Below, in pieces: positions 1 to 9,523 of a stretch of 64,000 nt of DNA. Source of the stretch: Candidatus Eiseniibacteriota bacterium. Lineage in GTDB: Bacteria; Eisenbacteria; RBG-16-71-46. Under the pieces are notes generated by a model. That model was not told the origin of the DNA, did no database searches, and was given only the letters and a program-made list of their open reading frames with translations. The stretch's first letter is position 1; every line of letters begins with the position of its first letter. The DNA is taken from positions 160,001-224,000 of the forward strand of contig JBBRLX010000003.1 in NCBI GenBank assembly GCA_038231135.1, given 5' to 3'. A program made the position numbers and the translations under genes.

Positions 1-2430
1 GGCCCGGGCCGCGGAGTCGCGCACCGCCGCGGCCGTACTGTCGCTCGCCTGCTGGGCCGCGATGCGGGCCCAGTCGGCGGTGTGATCGCGCGTGCACATC
101 GTGGTGGGGCTCGTGCCCTTGAGGAACGGGACGCGCATCGGCGACGGGCAGTCGCTGCGGGCCCGGCCTCCGCTCCAGGGATCGATCCAGGACAGTTCCA
201 GGCTCGGCTCCGCGAACGGCGTGGGCGGGAAGTCGCCGATCAGCCGGTCCATCACCGCGGCCCACACCGGCAACGCGATCTCGGCGGCGGGGCGGCCGAT
301 GCTCTGCGGCTGGTCCCAGCCCACCCACACGCCCGCCACGACGTCGGGCGTGAAGCCCACGAACCAGGCGTCGTGATAGTCGTTCGTGGTGCCGGTCTTG
401 CCGCCCAGCGGCCGGGTGAAGCCGAATCGCGATCGCAGAGGATAGGACACCCCGAAGATCACCACGTCCTCGAGCAGGCCGGTCATCAACTCCGCGGTCT
501 CGCGGGGCAGCACGGTCACCGCCGCGGGCGCCGCTCCCGCCTTCGCGGCGGCGCCCGAGCCGGGCAGCGCCCGCACCGGCGTCGCCGGATGGCGCACGCC
601 GCCGTTCGGAAACGTGGAGTAGGCGTCGGTGAGCGCGGCCAGCGTGACCTCGTTGGTGCCGAGTCCGACGCTCGCCACGGGCTTCATGCCGGGCAGGCCG
701 AACCGTTGGGCCACGCGCACCACCTGACCAGGCCCCACGGCCTCGACGAGGTTCGCGGTGGCGACGTTCAGCGACTTGGCGAGCGCCTTCGCGAGCGTCA
801 CCGAGTCGTGATACTCGCCCTCGTCGTTGCGCGGGCTCCATGGCCCCTCGGGCGTGGGGAACTCGCGCCTGAGGTCGGGCACGGTGGAGGCCGGCGTGAA
901 CCGCGGCCCGCCGCGGCCGGGATCGAGCGCCGTGGCGTAGACCACGGGCTTGATCGCCGAGCCCGGCTGGCGCAGGGCGTGCGTCGCACGGTTGAACGTC
1001 CCCGGGCCCGGATCGCGCCCGCCCACGACCGCGCGGATGAAGCCGGTGGTGGGGTCGATCGCGACGAACGCGCCCTCCAGCGGCTCCTGCCGGCGGCCCA
1101 GCAACCGCTCGATCGACGTGATCGCATCGGGCAGCACACGCTCGGCGTCGTCCTGCCACACCAGGTCCATCGTCGTCAGCACGGTGAGCCCGCGCTGCTC
1201 GAGCGCCTGCTTCGGCAGCCTGGCACCGAGCCATTCGCGCACCGCGCCGGTGAACGACGGGAACCGCTCGCGCTCGGGAACGCCCGGCCGCGCGCCGAGC
1301 GGATGGGTCTTCGCGCGCGCCGCGATCGCGGCCGAGATCACGCCGGTCTCCGCCATGTCGGACAGCACCGCGTTCCGCTTCGCCCGCGCGCCGGCGGGGT
1401 TGCGCAACGGGTGATACACGTTCGGAGCGGGGATCATGCCCGCGAGCAGCGCCGCCTGATCGAGCCCGAGCGAGTCGACCGGAACTCCGAAGTACCAGCG
1501 GCTCGCCTCCGCGATGCCGTCGATCTGGACGCCGCCGCCCTGACCCCAGTAGACCGAGTTCAGGTACATCTCGAGGATCTCGTCCTTCGACAGCAGGCAC
1601 TCGAGGCCCAGCGCGATCAGCGCCTCCTGCAGCTTGCGGCCGACCGTGCGGCGGGGGGTGAGGAACAGCGCGCGCGCGAGCTGCTGTGTGATCGTGCTGC
1701 CGCCCTGCCGCACCTGCCGTGCCCCGACGTTCGTCACCAGCGCGCGCAGGTTCGAGCGCAGGTCGATGCCCATGTGCCGCCGGAACCGGCGGTCCTCCGA
1801 CGCGATCACCGCGAGCTGCACCACGCGCGGGATGCGCGCCAGCGGCACCCAGGTGCGGCGGACCCGCTGGGCATCGTCGATGTGGGCGACGAACACCGGT
1901 TCGAGCCGCGGCGGGTGGCTCAGATCGGGCGGCCGCTGGCCAAGGATCGCACCGAGCCGCTCGACGGCCGTGATGCTGCCGTTGGCGATCACGACGCGCA
2001 CGCGTTCGGGCCCGCCGTGCCCTGCTGGGTCCGCCGCGTCGTCGAAGCCGCGCAGCGCGATCTCCACGCCGCGGCCGCTGGGCGCCCAGGTGCCGGGGAC
2101 GCGCGCGGGCGCGGACGTCCGGCGGTAGTCGCGGGCGTCGAGGTGCCGTTGCAGGAAGCTCATCGGCAGGTGGCGCCCGGTGACCAGTTCGACGCCGTCC
2201 GAGTAGAGACGCGACGGGAAGCTCCAGCCGGGGCCCGCGGCGCGGCGCTCGTGGAACGCGTGGACCTGGACGGCGAAGCGCGCGAACCCGGCGGCGCCCA
2301 GCGCCAGCAGCGCGGCCACGATCACCAGCAATGCCGCCACACGGTGGTGGGTGGTGGCGGCCGGCGCCCCGCCCGCCGGGCCCCGCCGCCATCCACGTAT
2401 TCCCTCGAGCTGGCGGCGCCACGCGCTCAT
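1..2430 (-). CDS. Class A bifunctional penicillin-binding protein (PBP1B-like transglycosylase/transpeptidase), 3' end outside the window
   Basis: Hand translation from the ATG at 2430; absent from the ORF track because there is no stop in the window. N-terminal TM, WSFPSRLYS, SEDRRF, GGSTITQQLAR, SKDEILEMYLN (GT51 motifs), RQPGSAIKP (SxxK), GGKTGTTNDYHDAWF (KTG). Confidence 0.93.
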   Translation of the reverse strand, partial: MSAWRRQLEGIRGWRRGPAGGAPAATTHHRVAALLVIVAALLALGAAGFARFAVQVHAFHERRAAGPGWSFPSRLYSDGVELVTGRHLPMSFLQRHLDARDYRRTSAPARVPGTWAPSGRGVEIALRGFDDAADPAGHGGPERVRVVIANGSITAVERLGAILGQRPPDLSHPPRLEPVFVAHIDDAQRVRRTWVPLARIPRVVQLAVIASEDRRFRRHMGIDLRSNLRALVTNVGARQVRQGGSTITQQLARALFLTPRRTVGRKLQEALIALGLECLLSKDEILEMYLNSVYWGQGGGVQIDGIAEASRWYFGVPVDSLGLDQAALLAGMIPAPNVYHPLRNPAGARAKRNAVLSDMAETGVISAAIAARAKTHPLGARPGVPERERFPSFTGAVREWLGARLPKQALEQRGLTVLTTMDLVWQDDAERVLPDAITSIERLLGRRQEPLEGAFVAIDPTTGFIRAVVGGRDPGPGTFNRATHALRQPGSAIKPVVYATALDPGRGGPRFTPASTVPDLRREFPTPEGPWSPRNDEGEYHDSVTLAKALAKSLNVATANLVEAVGPGQVVRVAQRFGLPGMKPVASVGLGTNEVTLAALTDAYSTFPNGGVRHPATPVRALPGSGAAAKAGAAPAAVTVLPRETAELMTGLLEDVVIFGVSYPLRSRFGFTRPLGGKTGTTNDYHDAWFVGFTPDVVAGVWVGWDQPQSIGRPAAEIALPVWAAVMDRLIGDFPPTPFAEPSLELSWIDPWSGGRARSDCPSPMRVPFLKGTSPTTMCTRDHTADWARIAAQQASDSTAAAVRDSAARA

Positions 2431-2437
2431 GCGCGCG

Positions 2438-3487
2438 TCAGCGAGTCGGAGTCCGCAGCGCGCGGCGTTCGGCGGTCAGGCCTTCGTGGCGGCCCTGGAT
2501 GAACTGCATCGCCTCGGCCACGTCCTCGCGGCTGCCGACGACCAGCGGCGTGCGCTCGTGCAGCGCCGCGGGCGCCAGCTCCATGATGCGGCGCGCGCCG
2601 TCCGTGGCCGTGCCGCCGGCCTCCTCGGCGATGAACGCGAGCGGCGCCGCCTCGTAGAGCACCCGCAGCTTGCCGCGGGGGTTCTTCGTGTCGCCGGGGT
2701 AGAGGTAGATCCCGCCGTACAGCAGGTTGCGATGGAAGTCCGCCACCAGCGAGCCCACGTAGCGCGAGCTGTAGGGCCGGCCGTTCGCCGCGTCCTCGGC
2801 CTTGAGCCAGTCGACGTAACGCTTCACGCCGTCGTCCCAGCGGCAGTAGTTGCCTTCGTTGACGCTGTAGATGTGGCCGCGGTCGGGGATGCGAATGCGC
2901 GGGTGCGACAGCAGGAACTCGCCGAGGCTCGGCTCGTACGTGAAGCCGTGGACGCCGTCGCCGGTGGTGTAGACCAGCATCGTGCTCGAGCCGTACATCA
3001 CGTAGCCCGCTGCGAGCTGGCGGCGGCCGGCCTGCAGGCAGTCCTCGAGCGTGCCCACGCCCTTGCGCGTGAGCCGCGGCAGGATCGAGAAGATCGTGCC
3101 GATGTTGACGCCGGCGTTGATGTTCGACGACCCGTCGAGCGGATCGAAGTTCACCACGTACTTGCCGACCGGCTTGTCGGCGTGGACGGGGACGATATCC
3201 TCGTCCTCCTCCGACGCCAGCACCGCGAGCTGGCCGGTCGAGCCGAGCACGTCGCGGATCACCTCGTGGGCGAACATGTCGAGCTTGGTGACCTTTTCGC
3301 CGTGGACGTTCTCGTCGCCGGTGTAGCCGAGGATGTCGACGAGCCCGGCGCGCGTGACCTCGCGGTTGATCATCTTGGCCGCGAGCGCGACATCCGACAG
3401 CACGCTCGTGAACTCGCCGCTGGCCTCGGGGTGAATCGCCTCCTGTTGCAGGATGAACTGCGACAGCGTCACCGCGTGGTGGGGCAT
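2438..3487 (-). CDS. fbp: Fructose-1,6-bisphosphatase class 1
   Basis: C-terminal part of ORF 2438..4270 from MPHHAVTLSQFI; ENVHGEKVTKLD, ASEED, FDPLDGSSNI, GTIFSI, RYVGSLVADFHRNLLYGG, KLRVLYEAAP. Confidence 0.96.
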   Translation of the reverse strand: MPHHAVTLSQFILQQEAIHPEASGEFTSVLSDVALAAKMINREVTRAGLVDILGYTGDENVHGEKVTKLDMFAHEVIRDVLGSTGQLAVLASEEDEDIVPVHADKPVGKYVVNFDPLDGSSNINAGVNIGTIFSILPRLTRKGVGTLEDCLQAGRRQLAAGYVMYGSSTMLVYTTGDGVHGFTYEPSLGEFLLSHPRIRIPDRGHIYSVNEGNYCRWDDGVKRYVDWLKAEDAANGRPYSSRYVGSLVADFHRNLLYGGIYLYPGDTKNPRGKLRVLYEAAPLAFIAEEAGGTATDGARRIMELAPAALHERTPLVVGSREDVAEAMQFIQGRHEGLTAERRALRTPTR

Positions 3488-3495
3488 GCTTGGCC

Positions 3496-4890
3496 TCAGT
3501 CCGACAGGCCCGAGACGTCCTCGGGGCCCTTGAGCGCGTGGGCGCCGCCACCAACGTTCGGGAACGAGCCGGGGACGAACGGCGCGTGCTGCTCGGCCAT
3601 GGCGCGCGTGGCGTTCACGGCGAGCCGCGTGATCAGGAACGTGAACTTGTCCTCGAGCGTGCGGCCGATCGCGGCGCGCACCTCGGCGGGCAGCGACCAC
3701 AGCTCGCGCTTGAACTGCCCCAGCGCCTTCTTGCGCGTCTTGTAGAAGAACTGCTCGTCGGTGTCGCTCGGCTTGCGCTCGTCGGCCGCGCTGGTGCGGA
3801 GCTGCTCGTAGATCGCCTGCTTGAGCGCGGCCGGGAACGCGGGGTGATCGAACAGCATGTTCTGGAACTCGGTCGCCAGATGGATCTCGCACGCGCCGAG
3901 CTTCGGGAACCGGTCGAACAGCTCGGGCGGCAGCGTCGACGCCCCGTGCTGCACGGCGCCGGCCATGCCGTAGCGGGTGCGCGCGATCTCGGAGCAGCGT
4001 TCGAGCGCCGCGAAGTCGATCTTCACCAGCGCGATCGAGCCGTCGGGCAGCGGCACGCCGCCGTGGCTGGTGCCGGTCTGGATCGAGATCTTGCTGATGC
4101 CCTCGGCGCCCGGCGCCGTCTTGGCGAGCGCGCGCTGGAACACGGTCATGAACGCTTCCAGCTCCTCGGGGGTCGAGTTCTTGCCCCCGACCTCGCCGAT
4201 CTCGCCGCCCACCGACACGGTGACGCCGGCCGGCTGGTGCTGGCGGATGAACGCGGTCAGCTCGGCGCACAGCCCGCCGTTGAGCTGCTGCTGCGCCTCG
4301 TGGCCCTGCTGCGTCAGGTCCACCAGCGTCGAGGTGTCGACGTCGATGTTGTAGAACCCGAACTTCACCGCCTCGTGCGTGAGGTCCTTGACCGCCTGCA
4401 GCTCGGCCGCGGGGTCGGCCACGTACTTCTTCGCGTTGATCTGGAAGTGATCGCCCTGGATGAACACCGGGCCGCGCCAGCCTTCGCGCAGCGCCGCGGC
4501 GATCACCACGAACGTGTATTCGGCGGGACGCTGGCCGGTGTAGCTGATCTCGGAGCGGGCGATCTCGCAGATCACGGCGCCGGCGTCGAGCTTCAAGCGG
4601 GCGCGGAACAGCGCGCGCGCGGTGTCGTAGGTCAGGCCGCGGATGTTGATCGCCGGCACGGTGAAGTTCGTGGGGGTCTCACCACGGCCGCGGGCGAGGT
4701 AGAGGCCGTGGATCGACGCCGGGTAGATGCCGGCGGACCGGGCCTGCTCCATCACCCCGGCGCGCGCCGCGTCGCGAATGGCGGCAGGGCCGAACACGCC
4801 GGTCCAGACCAGCCGGTCGAGCGCCTCGGTGTTGTTCGATGCCAGTGCCGCAACGGCGTGGGAAACCTGTTCGAGCGACGTGAGTTCCAT
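3496..4890 (-). CDS. Class II fructose-bisphosphate aldolase family protein (long form, 464 aa)
   Basis: TVPAINI, QGDHF, GEIGEVGG, GTSHGG and VQHGASTLP metal/substrate motifs; 8 nt upstream of fbp. Confidence 0.85.
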   Translation of the reverse strand: MELTSLEQVSHAVAALASNNTEALDRLVWTGVFGPAAIRDAARAGVMEQARSAGIYPASIHGLYLARGRGETPTNFTVPAINIRGLTYDTARALFRARLKLDAGAVICEIARSEISYTGQRPAEYTFVVIAAALREGWRGPVFIQGDHFQINAKKYVADPAAELQAVKDLTHEAVKFGFYNIDVDTSTLVDLTQQGHEAQQQLNGGLCAELTAFIRQHQPAGVTVSVGGEIGEVGGKNSTPEELEAFMTVFQRALAKTAPGAEGISKISIQTGTSHGGVPLPDGSIALVKIDFAALERCSEIARTRYGMAGAVQHGASTLPPELFDRFPKLGACEIHLATEFQNMLFDHPAFPAALKQAIYEQLRTSAADERKPSDTDEQFFYKTRKKALGQFKRELWSLPAEVRAAIGRTLEDKFTFLITRLAVNATRAMAEQHAPFVPGSFPNVGGGAHALKGPEDVSGLSD

Positions 4891-5003
4891 GGGGGTCGCG
4901 CTCCTTGGACGGAGGCCGTGCGAGGCCTAAGGGATCGAGATGGGAGCTGAGGTTGCTGCTACGAGCGCGGGGAGTATAGACCGGCTCCCATGCGCGGGCC
5001 AGC

Positions 5004-6251
5004 CTACGTGCCCAGTACCAGCACGCCCTTCTGCGTCTCGCGCAGCTCGGGGAACCGCAGCGGATCGAACGTGCCGATGCCGGGCGCGCGCTTCCAGCTC
5101 AGCAGCTCGGCGAGATCCTGCGTGCACGCGGCGGCCATGCCCATGCCGTGGCCGGTGAATCCGGCGCAGATCGCCAGATGGTGCTCGGCGTCGAGCCAGC
5201 CGACCAGCGGCCGCCCGTCGCGCGCGAACCCCATCGTGCCGGCCCAGCGGTGCTCGATCGCAACCGGTTCGGGCACCAGCTGGCGCAGCCCGGCTTCGAT
5301 CGCGTTCTGGATCGTGTCGGTGACGATCTCGTCGTAGCCGGTCTCGGTGTCGAGATCGACGTCACGCCACCCGCCGATCACGAGCCGGCGGTCGGGCGTC
5401 TGGCGCCAGTACTGATAGCCGTAGTGCGCGTAGCTCGGCCGTGGCGCCACCACGCGGTCGAGCGGCGCGGTCGAGATCACCTGGCCACGCCGCGGCTGGA
5501 TCACGCGATCGAGCGCGGGCAGCAGCCGCGGGGCGTAGGCGTTCGTGCATAGCACCAGCGAGCGCGCCCGCGTGATGCCGTGGTCGAGCCGCACCTCCCA
5601 CACGCCGCCGCTCCAGCGCGCGCTCCGCACCGGCGAGTTCGCGAAGATCCGGGCGCCGCGCTCGATCGATGCCCGCGCGAGGCCGTGCAGGAATTTGACG
5701 GGATGGAACGCGCCGTCCTCCTCGATGAGGAACGCCCCCGCGAAGTGCTCGCGCGCGGCGTCGGGCACCGCGTCCTCGAGCCGGACCTCCGTCATCGGGA
5801 AGCCTTCCGCCGCCAGCAGCGGCAGCGAGCCGCGCAGGTCCTCGGTCTCCTCCTCGCCGCGCGTGAGGCGCAGGCTGCCCGAGGCGCGGTAATCGCATTC
5901 GATGCCGAGCGTCTCCGCGAGCTGGCGGACGCGCTGGTGCGTGCGCCGGCCGATCTCGAGCATCGCCCGCGCGCCGGTGCGGCCCCAGAACGCCACCTGT
6001 TCGCTGTAGGGCTCGGCGGGTGCCACGAGCAGGAAGCCCGCGTTGCGCCCGGAGGCGGCGCCGGCAATGGGTCCGGAATCGAACACCGCCACCGTGGCGC
6101 TCTGTTCGTTCAGCGTGTGCGCGAGCGTCAGGCCGGCGATGCCGCCGCCGACGATCGCGACATCGGCGTCGAGGTCACCTTCGAACGGCGGCAGCGACAG
6201 GGCGGCGTCGTGCCACCACAGCGGGGTCGTGGATACGGGGTGGGAGGACAT
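5004..6251 (-). CDS. FAD-dependent oxidoreductase (DAO/PuuB family)
   Basis: DVAIVGGGIAG, ASGRNAG, HRWAG, GFTGHGMGMA. Confidence 0.88.
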   Translation of the reverse strand: MSSHPVSTTPLWWHDAALSLPPFEGDLDADVAIVGGGIAGLTLAHTLNEQSATVAVFDSGPIAGAASGRNAGFLLVAPAEPYSEQVAFWGRTGARAMLEIGRRTHQRVRQLAETLGIECDYRASGSLRLTRGEEETEDLRGSLPLLAAEGFPMTEVRLEDAVPDAAREHFAGAFLIEEDGAFHPVKFLHGLARASIERGARIFANSPVRSARWSGGVWEVRLDHGITRARSLVLCTNAYAPRLLPALDRVIQPRRGQVISTAPLDRVVAPRPSYAHYGYQYWRQTPDRRLVIGGWRDVDLDTETGYDEIVTDTIQNAIEAGLRQLVPEPVAIEHRWAGTMGFARDGRPLVGWLDAEHHLAICAGFTGHGMGMAAACTQDLAELLSWKRAPGIGTFDPLRFPELRETQKGVLVLGT

Positions 6252-6398
6252 GAGTCAACGATTGTGCACGGCCCCGGCGCGCCGCACAAGCGGCCCCGGC
6301 GCTGCCGGCGGCGTTTGAGCGCGGGAGGCGGGATCATTACTCTGAAGGGGAGCGGCCGGCGCGATGCCGGCGCCCCATGGCGTTCCCGAGGATCCCCG

Positions 6399-6899
6399 AT
6401 GCCCACGACTACGGTGTGCCGCCTGCACGTGAACGGCGACCTCCGGGACTGCCTCGTCACTCCGCATTCGACGCTGCTCGAGGCGCTGCGGTACGGCCTG
6501 GGCCTGACCGGATCCAAACAAGGCTGTGACAAGGGCGACTGCGGGGCGTGCACCGTGCTCGTCGACGGCACGCCGGTGCTGAGCTGCATCTCGCTCGCGC
6601 TGGCGTTCGACGGCGGGCCCGAGGTGACGACGATCGAAGGCGTTGCGGACCACGGCCGCGCGCATCCCCTGCAGGACGCGTTCGACGTCACCGGCGGGGC
6701 CCAGTGCGGGTTCTGCACGCCGGGCATCCTGCTGAGCGCGCTCGCGCTGCTGCGCGCGACTCCCGAACCCACGCGCGACGAGATCGCCCGCGCGCTGTCG
6801 GGCAATCTGTGCCGCTGCACCGGGTACACGAAGATCTACGAAGCCGTCGAGCTCGCGGCCCGCACGCTGCGCGACGCCGCGAAGCCGGCGGCGCGGTGA
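6399..6899 (+). CDS. 2x[2Fe-2S] small subunit of a xanthine-dehydrogenase-family enzyme (HcrC/CoxS-like)
   Basis: GCDKGDCGACTV...SC, QCGFCTPG, GNLCRCTGY; start MPTTTVC at 6399. Confidence 0.93.
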   Translation: MPTTTVCRLHVNGDLRDCLVTPHSTLLEALRYGLGLTGSKQGCDKGDCGACTVLVDGTPVLSCISLALAFDGGPEVTTIEGVADHGRAHPLQDAFDVTGGAQCGFCTPGILLSALALLRATPEPTRDEIARALSGNLCRCTGYTKIYEAVELAARTLRDAAKPAAR

Positions 6900-9523
6900 G
6901 CAGGCCCCGGGCATCGCAGCCGGATCCCGCGGACGGTGCGCGCCACCCGGCTCCGCCGGGTCCCGCCGCCGCGGAGCCACGCGCGGACGCGGCGGCGACG
7001 ACGCCCGGCATGGCGATCCCCGCCGACCGTCTGATGCCGAAGCAGGATCGCCTCGAGCCGCCGGTGTGGCCCGAAGGCCGCGCCCAGTCGCCGGGCGGCG
7101 GGTTCGCCGTGATCGGCAAGCGCAACCGCAAGATCGAAGGGCTCGCCAAGGTCACGGGCCGCGCCGTGTACGCCGACGACATCACGCTGCCGCGCATGCT
7201 GCATGCCAAGCTCAAGCGCTCGATTCACGCGCACGCGCGCATCGTGTCGATCGACGCCGCCGCCGCGCTCGCGCTGCCGGGTGTGCATGCCGTGATCACC
7301 GGCAAGGACCTGCCGGTCTACTTCGGCATCATCCCGTGGACCGAGGACGAGCAGGCGCTGTGCGAGGACAAGGCGCGCTACGTGGGCGACGCGATCGCCG
7401 CGGTCGCCGCCGACAGCGAGTACCTGGCGGACGAGGCGCTGAAGCTCATCCGGGTGGAATACGACGTGCTGCCCGCCGTCACCGACATCGACACGGCGCT
7501 CGAACACCCGGAGTGGAAGGTGAACGAGCGGGCGCGCGACGGGAACATTTCGAAGCAGGTGCGGCTCGAGTTCGGCGACGTCGACGGCCGGCTCGCGGCG
7601 AGCGACGTGGTGGTGGAGGGCGACTACTGGTACGAGGGCTCGACGCACGCGCCGATCGAACCGCACTGCGCGGTGGCCGAATACGACGCCACCGGTCTCC
7701 TCACCGTGTGGTCGAGCACGCAGGTCGCGCACTACCTGCATCGCGACCTGGCGAAGGTGCTGGGGCTCGCGACCCAGCGCGTACGCGTGATCCAGCCGGT
7801 GGTGGGCGGCGCGTTCGGCGGCAAGAGCGAGCCATTCTCGCTCGAGTTCTGCGCGGCGAAGCTGAGCATGATCACGGGCCGGCCGGTGAAGATCCTGTAC
7901 ACGCGCGAGGAGGTGTTCTACGCCCACCGCGGCCGCCATCCGATGCGCCTCCACTATCGCACCGGCGTCACCCGCGACGGCACGCTCACCGGTGTCGATG
8001 CGCGCATTCACATCGACGGCGGCGCGTATTCGTCGTTCGGCCTCGTCACCACGTATTACTCGGGCCAGCTGCTGACGGCGCCCTACCGCATGCAGGCGTA
8101 CCGCTTCGACTCGACGCGCGTGTTCACGAACAAGCCGTGCTGCGGACCCAAGCGCGGCCACGGCTCGGTGCAGCCGCGGTTCGCGTTCGAATGCCAGATG
8201 GACAAGCTGGCGGAGGCCCTCGGCATGGATCCGATCGAACTGCGCCGCCGGAACTTCCTGGGCGCCAACTCCAGCACCGTCAACGGTATGCGGGTCACGT
8301 CGAACGGATTCCTCGAATGTCTCGATGCGGTCGAGCGCGCATCGCGCTGGGGCGAGCGGCACCGCCGGCTGCCCTACGGCCGCGGGCTCGGCGTTGCCGG
8401 CAGCATGTACATCAGCGGCACCAACTACTGCATCTATCCGAACGAGATGCCGCAGTCGGGCGTGCAGCTCAAGCTCGACCGCAGCGGCCGCGCCACGGTG
8501 TTCTGCGGGTGCTCGGACATCGGGCAGGGCGTGGACTCGGTGCTCGCGTACATCGTGGCCGAGGAGCTGGGGGTGGAGCTGCGCGACATCCGCGTGGTGG
8601 CTGCCGACACCGATCTCACGCCGGTCGATCTGGGCAGCTATTCGAGCCGCGAGACGTTCATGGTCGGCAACGCGTGCCTCGACGCGGCGCGCAAGCTGCG
8701 TCACCAGGTGGCGGAGTCGCTGGCCGAGCGCTGGGGCTGCACGGCGTCCCAGGTGACGCTCGCCGCCGGCGTCGCGTGCTCGACGCGCGACCCCGGCCGC
8801 GAGTGCATGAGCGTGAAGGCGGCGTTTCAGCTCACCGAGGCGCGCCACGGCACACTGGGATCGGTCGGCTGGTACCAGAGCCCCAAGCTCGGTGGCGACT
8901 ATCGTGGTGGCACCATCGGCGCGTCGCCGGCGTATTCGTTCACCGCTCACGTGGCCGAGGTGGCGTGCGACGTGGAGACCGGGCGCGTGCGGGTGGAGAA
9001 GATCTGGATCGCCCACGACTGCGGGCGCGCGCTCAATCCCGTGACGGTCGAGGGCCAGATGGAAGGCAGCGCCTACATGGGCTACGCCGAGGCGCTGCTC
9101 GAGGAGCACACGTTCAAGGCCGCCACCGCCGCCCATGGCGCGGGACTGCACGGTGGTCCGTCGCTGCTCGACTACCGCATCCCCACCTCGCTCGACACGC
9201 CCGCGCTGGAATCGCTGATCGTGGAATCGATCGATCCCGAAGGCCCGTATGGCGCGAAGGAGGCGGGCGAGGGGCCGCTGCATCCCAGTGTGCCCGCGAT
9301 CGCGAACGCGATCCACGACGCGCTCGGTATCCGCTGCGACCGGCTGCCGTTCTCGCCGCCGAGCGTGCTGCGGCTGCTGCGCGCCGGCGATCCGCGCGCG
9401 GCGTGGGAACGCGCGCGCACGTCGGGGGCGGGGACGGCCGCGGCGCCGGGCGCGGTCACACCCGCCGCCGGCACGGCCGCGTCCTCCCGCGCCGGCGGCG
9501 CGAACGGCGGTGGCGGATGCTGA
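6896..9523 (+). CDS. Molybdopterin-binding large subunit, 4-hydroxybenzoyl-CoA reductase alpha (HcrA)-like
   Basis: GTGA overlap with the upstream stop (start could also be the ATG at 7010 or 7034); KVTGRAVYADD, GGAFGGK, KRGHG, SDIGQG, VEGQMEG, GAKEAGEG. Confidence 0.9.
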   Translation: MSRPRASQPDPADGARHPAPPGPAAAEPRADAAATTPGMAIPADRLMPKQDRLEPPVWPEGRAQSPGGGFAVIGKRNRKIEGLAKVTGRAVYADDITLPRMLHAKLKRSIHAHARIVSIDAAAALALPGVHAVITGKDLPVYFGIIPWTEDEQALCEDKARYVGDAIAAVAADSEYLADEALKLIRVEYDVLPAVTDIDTALEHPEWKVNERARDGNISKQVRLEFGDVDGRLAASDVVVEGDYWYEGSTHAPIEPHCAVAEYDATGLLTVWSSTQVAHYLHRDLAKVLGLATQRVRVIQPVVGGAFGGKSEPFSLEFCAAKLSMITGRPVKILYTREEVFYAHRGRHPMRLHYRTGVTRDGTLTGVDARIHIDGGAYSSFGLVTTYYSGQLLTAPYRMQAYRFDSTRVFTNKPCCGPKRGHGSVQPRFAFECQMDKLAEALGMDPIELRRRNFLGANSSTVNGMRVTSNGFLECLDAVERASRWGERHRRLPYGRGLGVAGSMYISGTNYCIYPNEMPQSGVQLKLDRSGRATVFCGCSDIGQGVDSVLAYIVAEELGVELRDIRVVAADTDLTPVDLGSYSSRETFMVGNACLDAARKLRHQVAESLAERWGCTASQVTLAAGVACSTRDPGRECMSVKAAFQLTEARHGTLGSVGWYQSPKLGGDYRGGTIGASPAYSFTAHVAEVACDVETGRVRVEKIWIAHDCGRALNPVTVEGQMEGSAYMGYAEALLEEHTFKAATAAHGAGLHGGPSLLDYRIPTSLDTPALESLIVESIDPEGPYGAKEAGEGPLHPSVPAIANAIHDALGIRCDRLPFSPPSVLRLLRAGDPRAAWERARTSGAGTAAAPGAVTPAAGTAASSRAGGANGGGGC

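Noticed and set aside
82..2502. 806-aa plus-strand ORF, and many similar long Arg/Ala/Gly-rich ORFs (e.g. 6836..9316, 33289..35583, 41480..44956)
   Set aside because: Antisense or off-frame shadows of real genes in high-GC DNA; no motifs, while the opposite strand or another frame holds a recognisable protein.
7066..9516. Apparent long N-terminal extensions or fusions in the ORF track (7066..10533, 2438..4270, 33556..36600, 35790..37721, 53532..57038, 56318..58021)
   Set aside because: The extensions overlap upstream genes in another frame; internal starts with an RBS or 4-nt overlap explain the proteins, so no frameshift or fusion is needed.
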